Assembly: GCA_030141605.1 (NCBI GenBank)
Contig: JAQGDQ010000488.1
Location: 103,602 to 167,601 of the forward strand
Direction of reading: 5' to 3'
Length of the DNA stretch: 64,000 nucleotides
Origin: Tubiluchus corallicola
Lineage: Eukaryota; Animalia; Priapulida
The notes under the pieces were generated by a model. The model saw only the letters and a program-made list of their open reading frames with translations, was not told the DNA's origin and searched no databases. Below are positions 56,353 through 64,000 of the stretch, piece by piece (position 1 is the stretch's first letter; each line of letters opens with the position of its first letter). A program made the translations under genes and the position numbers.

Positions 56353-57109
56353 TTTCCGACATCCTTTCTTCTTCCTTTTTCTTTTGCGCCCTTCACTCGT
56401 TTCCTCTTTTCCAAGTTGTGAAATGCTATATAAAGACTGGGTTTCCCTTAAGAATAACAAGTACCACTTTTCTTTCATAGGCTTTCAAGAAAATGAATTT
56501 TCCGGTGTTGATGTTTTTTATCTGTGTTGCAAATGCTACTTTCAAAAGTAAATAACATCTGTTGTTAGAAGCTCTTTCAAAAAAAGTAACTGCTTCGGGT
56601 TACATCCTCCACTTTAGAAACAGTAATACAGCTACTTTTATGTTAAACTTAATGCTCAGAAATTGGCAATATTCTGCCGCCACCGCTAACTACCGCCGCT
56701 ACCACCGCCACTATTAGGATAAGTAAACATAAACGTACGTTTTTATGTCTCTCAACTTATTACCATGAAAACTGATTAAGCCTGGTAAATGCTTAGTATA
56801 CAAACTGGGCTGATCGCTTATAATACAGCCGAGAAAAGAAAAATGTAGTACGGTAACGTTTTATATTTTCTTCAGTTTACTTTTAATTTCTGTATATGTA
56901 AGTTGCAAGCTATATGGCTGTTGCGCAACACTCTATATAGGATGTCCCTATATAGGGACATTTCCTATAGGAGTCGACAATCTTTACTTGCGAATTTAGA
57001 AACCAGTGTGAAAGATTATCCGAGTTCCAAAGATATATGTAATAATACTTTGTTTGCAAAGTATGGATTACAAAAAAAAATCACAATCCTCAGTGTTAAA
57101 ACTAATTAA

Positions 57110-58146
57110 CAATTATTAAAACACTGCTAAAGGCAAATGCGTCCGGTGCAGAACTATAAAGGACTGTGCACAAAACTAAAACTAGAAACAACTAGAAACA
57201 CTCATTCACATACATAGATACAATAGATACAATATTACAATATACAGGTATAATCTAAGTAAAGTACATGATAAACGCAAGACGAAGTTTACGTTAATTT
57301 ATTACATTATACATGTAATACATAATACAATACATATGCATAATATGAGAACATAATGACAAAGACTAAATTTACATCACTTTCACAATAAATACATTAC
57401 ATTCATAAATATTACATAACAGAAATTACTTGTAGATTACCGTTTTAAGTTACGAAAGAGTTGTGAATTTATAATTAAGGAAACTTTTCTTAGTTATTGG
57501 GGACGTGTATATACAAAATTTGAATTAAAGAAGTTAATATCATTTACATGAGTTGGTTTTTGAAATATACTTAGTTGGTATTGTTTTAGTTTTTTCTTGA
57601 ATATAGACAGTGACAGTTTAATAGCAGATGGGAGGTAGTTTTTCGTTTGTTTGCCTATTGAATTACTACCAAACTTATTGTTTGTGTGAATTTGCTTTAG
57701 GTTATGAGTACGGCTATTCTGATTAGTAGCTGACAAGAAAGGGAGTTTATTATTCTTAGATGGGATTTTAAGACCATTGATGTATTATACATAAGACAAC
57801 CAAAGTATGATTGTCTCGCTGAGATTCTAATATGAGGATTTTCATTATTAATGTTTGATTGTCCTCTAATTTGGCGTAGATAAGCTATACTGTCTGCGAT
57901 CTTTTTATAGATTTAATTAAAATGTTCCTGCCAATCTTATTTATTTTGTATTGCTATGCCTAAGAATTTGACAGTGTCTGCTTGTTCTATAACATCTTTA
58001 CCTAAGTTTAACGAAATATCTGTTATTGCACTATTCATGTTTAGACCACGATAATTAAAGGCAAAAGTGATGTTTTCTATAACTTGTTGTTGTTCATGTT
58101 TAGCCGTTATTGGATTCTTGTGATCTGCGTAAATAGTCGTATCATT
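57110..58146 (-). mobile_element. Decayed CR1/L2-type LINE 3' portion (RT domain to 3' UTR)
   Basis: Minus strand gives DTTIYADHKNP (~58140), IEQADTVKFLGIAIQNK*DWQEHF (~57990) and NSRTHNLKQIHTNNKFGSNS..FVYTRPQ* (57494-57720). The UTR motif at 57121-57150 is shared with 22751-22778. Confidence 0.85.
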
Positions 58147-60231
58147 ACATTTTACAACAACCCATTTTCCATATTTTGGACCTGGGTGCTTCAGAAATTC
58201 CTCGCAAATTTCAATTTTCTTTGCAGCGTACGACTAGCAACGATTGTATGTTGAAGTCGCTTTGTTTTTGTTATTGTGACCGTGTTTCCTGAAATATACG
58301 TTATCAGTCCTTTCGTGCTACCTACCTCTTGGAACATTGTAACCTGGAATGACCTTATGTTAGCTACATCGATAGCGCAGTTGTTTGTCGGGAACGTGAC
58401 ATAAAGCTATAAAGCTACTTTGTCTAGCTTGGCTCAAACTTCGCGAACCTAACTTAATAACCTGTAAACGCTGTAAACCGAAAAAACTTCCACGCAGAAA
58501 GTACTCAAAAACAAGAGACAAACGAATGTAATAAACGTGTCTAAAAATCGGAAAACTTGAACTTATTTACCCAGGGTTAGTGACGTTCACAACCTGTCGA
58601 AAAAGTGACGATGGTAATTATGATGTGACTACATAAGCATCATTGGTAAAAATAATGCCGATATAATCCAAGTTACAGTTGCTGTAATAGTCATAAACAT
58701 TACCAGAATAGTCACTGCAGCAAGAGTTGTAATTTGCGGTAGTTTGCGGTAAATGAACAATTTTTACTGCATTAAATAGCTGTGATGCAGTTTTACGTAC
58801 AACTATGTCTACTTAAGTTTATGTCTGAATTTCGCGCATTCATGACATAAACTAAGACATTAATGATAACTTTTTTACATTAGCACTGCCTGCATTTCGT
58901 AGCGATTCAAGTTTGGCAATCTTTGAGGTTTTGCGGTGGGAGCATTTATAAGACGTTTTTATAATTAACGAACAGTTGACGTGGCTTCTTCATATTAAGA
59001 TTTGTTGTCCTAGTGTTTATCTGCTTATGGCCAGACAGTGTAGACCCTGCTTTACTGGAGAACCAAACAGCGATTTTTAAAATTTGCCTCACTGAGCCCA
59101 ATATCGACTTCAAGGCCGATTTCAATAAAACGATTGCGTTTTGGATTAAAAGTGTTCTTGTGATGTTATCAAGTTTTGGAAGCTTTATCCCACTTATATG
59201 CTTTGTTCATTGTTAATGCAAATTTCCCATCGTGTTTAAATCAAGTTCTGTAAACACGTATGCTGATTCTATTTACCGGAACAGTCAAGCATAAGCTGTC
59301 ACATATAAAAACATACCGAGCTTTCGCTTATTGGCAGTTTATGCCAAGCGATCTATGTTGGTCAAACTAGAACGCAATATTAAGGCTCTTCCATATACAT
59401 AAATTGATCATCGAGTAAGCTACGTTACTCACCTGTATAAGAACATAAAACCTTGATGGGTACTGAAAATACGTTATAAAATTGTTGCAAATTTTTTGGT
59501 TATAAGTTATGATTCTATTTAGTGTTCTAAATGTGTCCAAAAATATTTTCAAAAAGTTGTCGAGAGATAACATATTTACGTACTTTTTAAGACAACATTC
59601 GGGTATCTCGTTTTAAAATTCCTGTTACGTCAGCTTCGATTACCGAACGATCTAAGTTGACGTTTATTTCAATTTAATGTTTCAAGTTTAGTATTTGTAA
59701 TAGCAAATGTGGAAATTACCAATGTTCTCTCTCGGGTTTTATTTATTTTCAAAACTGCAAGGATTAATCAGTGCGTTGCTTAGTTGCTGTTAAGCCAATT
59801 GCAATAATATTTGAATGCAATCGTACATTAGGCTTTGTAGCTTGCTCGATAAATGAGAATTTTCTGGGTTTACATTTGAAGTCTTGTGCTGTTTTCTGGA
59901 GCAGAGGTGTAAATAGCTGCATGGCTACGTATGGGAAAGTGCGTAGTATATGTAAAACGGAGCATTGTATATATGAGTGTAAATTAAAATTGCTGCAGTA
60001 GACTTCTGAAAATAAGTTCGATGCCACTAAAATTCCCAAGAATTCGAAGTTCAACCATAAAATTATCATTTGGTCTCTGTCGTAACTGCTGTTAACTTTT
60101 TATTAATGTTTAAAAGTAATGACGGACTTTTGAAACACCTGATATTGTTAATAAACATGTATAGTCACCAGTCTTGAAAGTGTTTTATTGCTTGCTGGGT
60201 TGTAATAAATGACGTTTGTCTTTTCGTTTAG

Positions 60232-60949
60232 GTACATTGCTATCATTCATCCGGTTCACGCTCACTTGTGGTGCAGCAAGAGAAGAGTGATTGCCATTAT
60301 TGTCACTATCTGGCCAATAGCCCTCATTTTCGCTTTGCCGCAAGTCCTCTACCACCGCATCATTGAGGTCAAGCCTGACTTTTACCCGTGCATATTGTTC
60401 CTTCCCGGAGGAGAGGTACAACATCTTGCATTCAAATACACAGAGTTCATCTTCTTCTACCTGGTGCCGATGATACTGCAGGTGGTGTTGTACTCTATCA
60501 TCAGCGTCAAGTTGTTTGCCAGCGTTGAGAACCTTCACGCCTCCTCAACCAAGAAGATTGGAGCAGAACCAAACACTGCCCAAAGGAAGGAAATCGCTGA
60601 TGCCATGGCAACACGCAAAGGTGTAGTCAAGATGCTCATCGTTGCCGTTACCGTCTACTTCGTGTGCTTTTCGCCTCACCAGATCCTTCTCTTCTATAAC
60701 ACGTTTTCAACCACCCCTTTTGTGGCCACGTGGACCTATTTGATCTTCGTCAACATCATGGCGTACGCTTCTTCAGCGGCTAACCCTCTCCTGTACAGCG
60801 TGTTTAGTCAAAAGTTTCGAGAAAAGTTCAAGAAGACGCTCTGTTGTTGTTTTGCGGTCAAGAGGCGTGAAAGGACTTCAATGCTGTCCTTTGGCACGTC
60901 GTCCACACGCAGAAGTATTCGTGCGAATACAGCCATTAGTGAAGTATGA
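60232..60949 (+). CDS. Terminal exon of a class A (rhodopsin-like) neuropeptide GPCR, end of TM3 to C-terminus; resembles invertebrate 'neuropeptide receptor 15'/trissin-receptor-like proteins
   Basis: Acceptor ttttcgtttag|G TAC ATT (phase 2 in the R of E/DRY). RYIAIIHP, TM4 W..ALP, ECL2 Cys, TM5 FYLVP..LY, TM6 CFSP, TM7 NPLLY, helix 8 FREKF, CCC palmitoylation site, TGA stop. The ORF-track ATG at 60209 is intronic. Confidence 0.95.
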
Positions 60950-62476
60950 TAACAAACATTCAATGTTCGTAGCGCTCACTGTACTTGTTGTAATAATCAC
61001 CGGAGGTTCATGTTAATGTTGTTGTTGTTAATGAAGAATGCCATCTATTGTTGACTTATGATTAGCTGATATGATGGAAGACTGGATTTGATAGTGCAAC
61101 CGTCATTTTGGAGAATATTATTTGGTTTAGGCATGTATCTGTATCCTATGTACACCAAGACTTCAGTAAGCACGGCTTCAATTGGTCTATGGAGATCGCG
61201 AATGGTCATCGTTAAAAAGGATTATTGCAGCTTGACTGACTGATAATTGATTTTTGCATTGTGAGCTGTTAAATAATACGTACATTTATTTACATATATT
61301 ACAGTTAAAGATACCTGCTAGATGTATTTAATTTATTATATTTAAATATAAGTCATTAATAGCTAAAAATTTAGTGTGGAAGACTCATTTTTCGGAAAGT
61401 GACCACTTATAGAGAAGTTTGAAATGGCTCAGCAGTGTGTGACTACTGGCTACAACAGTTAAACAGTGGCCGGGCCTGTTTAGTTAAGGACAGCGAGACC
61501 GTTGAGAAAACTGATTCTGGGTGGATGAAGCTACTAATCTATTATGTTCCTGCTGGAGTATTCCTTTCATTGGGAGAACATGTATTGTGTATCTTGACTT
61601 GGCTAAGCATTGTTCCTGGTTAAGTGTTTGATGACTTTGATCCCAGGGGATTATCGTGGGCAATTAGAAAGTTTTGGTGCCGTCATAACTATCAACATTA
61701 AGTAGAGCTTGTCGTTGAGTATTGACATGTGTACATATATAAGAAAAAGGAAAGTAAATTTGGTGACTCGTCATCTCTTCGTAGGAGAACGATTAAGAAA
61801 ACATGAGCGAGTTGTCAACAAACTAATTTTTTAATTACGTTTTTTAAAGTGTTAAAGCCTTAAAAGGATCATTGCACTAATCGTATTATAATATGTAACA
61901 CCTACAATGTTGCAAAGAAATGATAACGTGTGTCGCAGTTAAAAGTTCTTCATCTGTCAGGCAATATTTAAGTCACTTTTTGTTTTTTTCATGAACTGTG
62001 GTAAGATGACCCATTACAGTTCGTCGATATTTAACCGTTGGATTCGAACTATACAAGATTTACAGAGTTACAAAGTTGCAAATCTTTCAATCGGTAGCAT
62101 ATAATGTCAAAACGTTGATTTTATAAAGTTAGGTAGATTCGTTTGTCTTGTCTTTTGTAATGATACCTTCAAACAAACGACGTATTTTTAAATATTGACC
62201 GCATACATGCTGCTTCATAATAATCACAAATCAATTTGCGAGGTGTGCTGAGCAAAAAGTGCAGCGCATTTGAGGGCTTTTTTCGCAGGAAGAAAACTCT
62301 TCAGGATGAAACAACGCAGGAAAGACGTCGTAAAAAACCACTTACCACATATGAAATATCAAGCGCGTGAAAACAGGAACACGAGATTAATGGAGCATGC
62401 ACATGCATCCGGATTGTCACTACGGCGAAGCAATGGATGGTTCAGAACGTGCGAAGTCAGTGGCAGCTGTTTGTTA

Positions 62477-62689
62477 TGGCGCGTTCAGATATAGAGACTT
62501 CTCTCGCAATTTGTTGCGCAACTTCTCTCTGAAAGTAAAGTTGAAACGTATGAGCGGTTTGGCAACTTGTTCTGCAAAACGCGTGAACGACTTGGCAACT
62601 TCTCTCGCAACTGTTGCACGTGTGAGCAGCTTTGCAACATTATTTTCAGAGAGAAGTTGCGAGTGAAGTCTCTACGTCTGAACGTGCCA
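62477..62689. mobile_element. PIF/Harbinger-like MITE with TTA TSD
   Basis: TTA|tggcgcgttcagatatagagacttc ... gaagtctctacgtctgaacgtgcca|TTA, with long imperfect TIRs. Confidence 0.85.
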
Positions 62690-63677
62690 TTAAATAAAAA
62701 CAACTTAGGAAGGCTCTATCGAAACACACATTTTCGTAGAATTCGCATGTGCTGCCATCTAGCAACAACATTGCGTGACACTTAATTTAAAAAGTACATT
62801 TTATGGTATTTAATTAGCTAGTATTAGTGGGGCAAGATGAGTTTCATAGTAGAACCGTAAATGTCATGGTTTGTTATTAAAACACCAAATGCACAATATT
62901 TTATTTATGATGGATAATGATTACACGAGAAGTTAAGGTAGGGTCAAGGGTGTAGCGATCTTAACGACTGCAGTAGGTGAAATTCTTTGTTTTTCTTTGT
63001 TATAGATAGGTGGCTCTGACCGATTGCATGCTGACTAGTATGAGAATTCAAAGTTCAAACATGATGTAGTCATGTTGGTTGATATCTCAAAATAATGGAC
63101 AAAGTATGTGGGTTGATACTATAAGGTTCTGGGTTCAAGTCCTGATAGACTCACAATCTTCAGAGCTTTCCGTCTTCTAAATATTTAATGTTTATGACAT
63201 GTTACAATAAAACTGTGCACATTGTTTAACTTTGGTGACAACCAATTTAATTGACATTCGCAAAAACAAATAAGAACAATTCACTACAAAACGTGTACAA
63301 TTTGAAATAAAATTTACATATATTTAAAACTCAGGTTAAAAAAACGATCAAAGAGATTTTAAAAATTTCCAACTCTTTAAATGGACTTTTATTGTAGATA
63401 GAACTTTCTTCAAAAGAGAAGATGGAGAAAACAGTTTCAAAGAAAGATGAGCTACCTAGTAGGTAATTTATGTGTATAGACATGTTTGCTTTTTTATTGA
63501 ATTAATGGTAATTATGACTTTGATTAATTGCATAATGCTAATTTTGTACTAACATCTAATTGAAAGTAACTGACTGGGTGACCGTATGGTCCTTCGTCAC
63601 CTCTGCTCGAATTTATCTGTTTAATATATGCACTAATATCTTAACTACTGTATTAAGTTTATGAAGCTAAATAAATT

Positions 63678-63924
63678 AACTATTACTATTACTATTACTA
63701 TTACTATTACTGTTGCTGTTACTGTTATTATTACTATTACCATTACTATTATTATTACTACTATTGCTGTTATTAGTACTATTACTATTACCATTACTAT
63801 TACTATTACTATTACGATTACGATTACGATTACGATTACGATTACGATTACGATTACGATTACGATTACGATTACGATTACGATTACGATTACGATTACC
63901 ATTACCATTACCATTACCATTACT
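63678..63924. repeat. (TACTAT/TACGAT/TACCAT)n hexamer repeat
   Basis: Directly visible. Confidence 0.95.
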
Positions 63925-64000
63925 AGTCTATCGATAAATTAAGTAATTCAATAAACTCAACGGCTCAATACTAACGGCGCTTAGTTCCGTTTTAGTGTAT

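Noticed and set aside
60185-60538. Minus-strand 117-aa ORF
   Set aside because: Antisense shadow of the GPCR exon.

Overview
Eukaryotic (animal) AT-rich genomic DNA, probably from a lophotrochozoan invertebrate judging by the 5S-like sequence and repeat types. It is mostly intronic or intergenic and dense with repeats. The only confident host coding sequence is the 3' terminal exon (60232-60949) of a class A neuropeptide-type GPCR, starting at a phase-2 intron inside the Arg of the E/DRY motif; I could not find its upstream exons in this window. The rest comprises microsatellites, minisatellites and non-autonomous DNA transposons: six copies of one TA/TATA-flanked MITE family, several TTAA-flanked Kolobok-like elements, and hAT-, Tc1- and Harbinger-like MITEs. 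There is also a Helitron and 3' fragments of CR1/L2-type and RTE LINEs. Most notable observations: (1) a 5S-rRNA-headed SINE with an RTE-like bipartite body and an 11-bp TSD (24674-25217); (2) a 2.5-kb element with ~255-bp TIRs carrying a tandem array of tRNA-Lys-like cloverleafs (51533-54030); (3) a 26-bp tandem array built from a transposon terminus plus TTAA; (4) a 14-unit satellite of constant cores separated by (CA)n; (5) a signal-peptide exon and decayed death-domain-like exons; (6) two degenerate Penelope-type hammerhead motifs. Nearly all long ORFs in the supplied track are microsatellite artefacts. Family assignments come from recalled motifs, not database searches.
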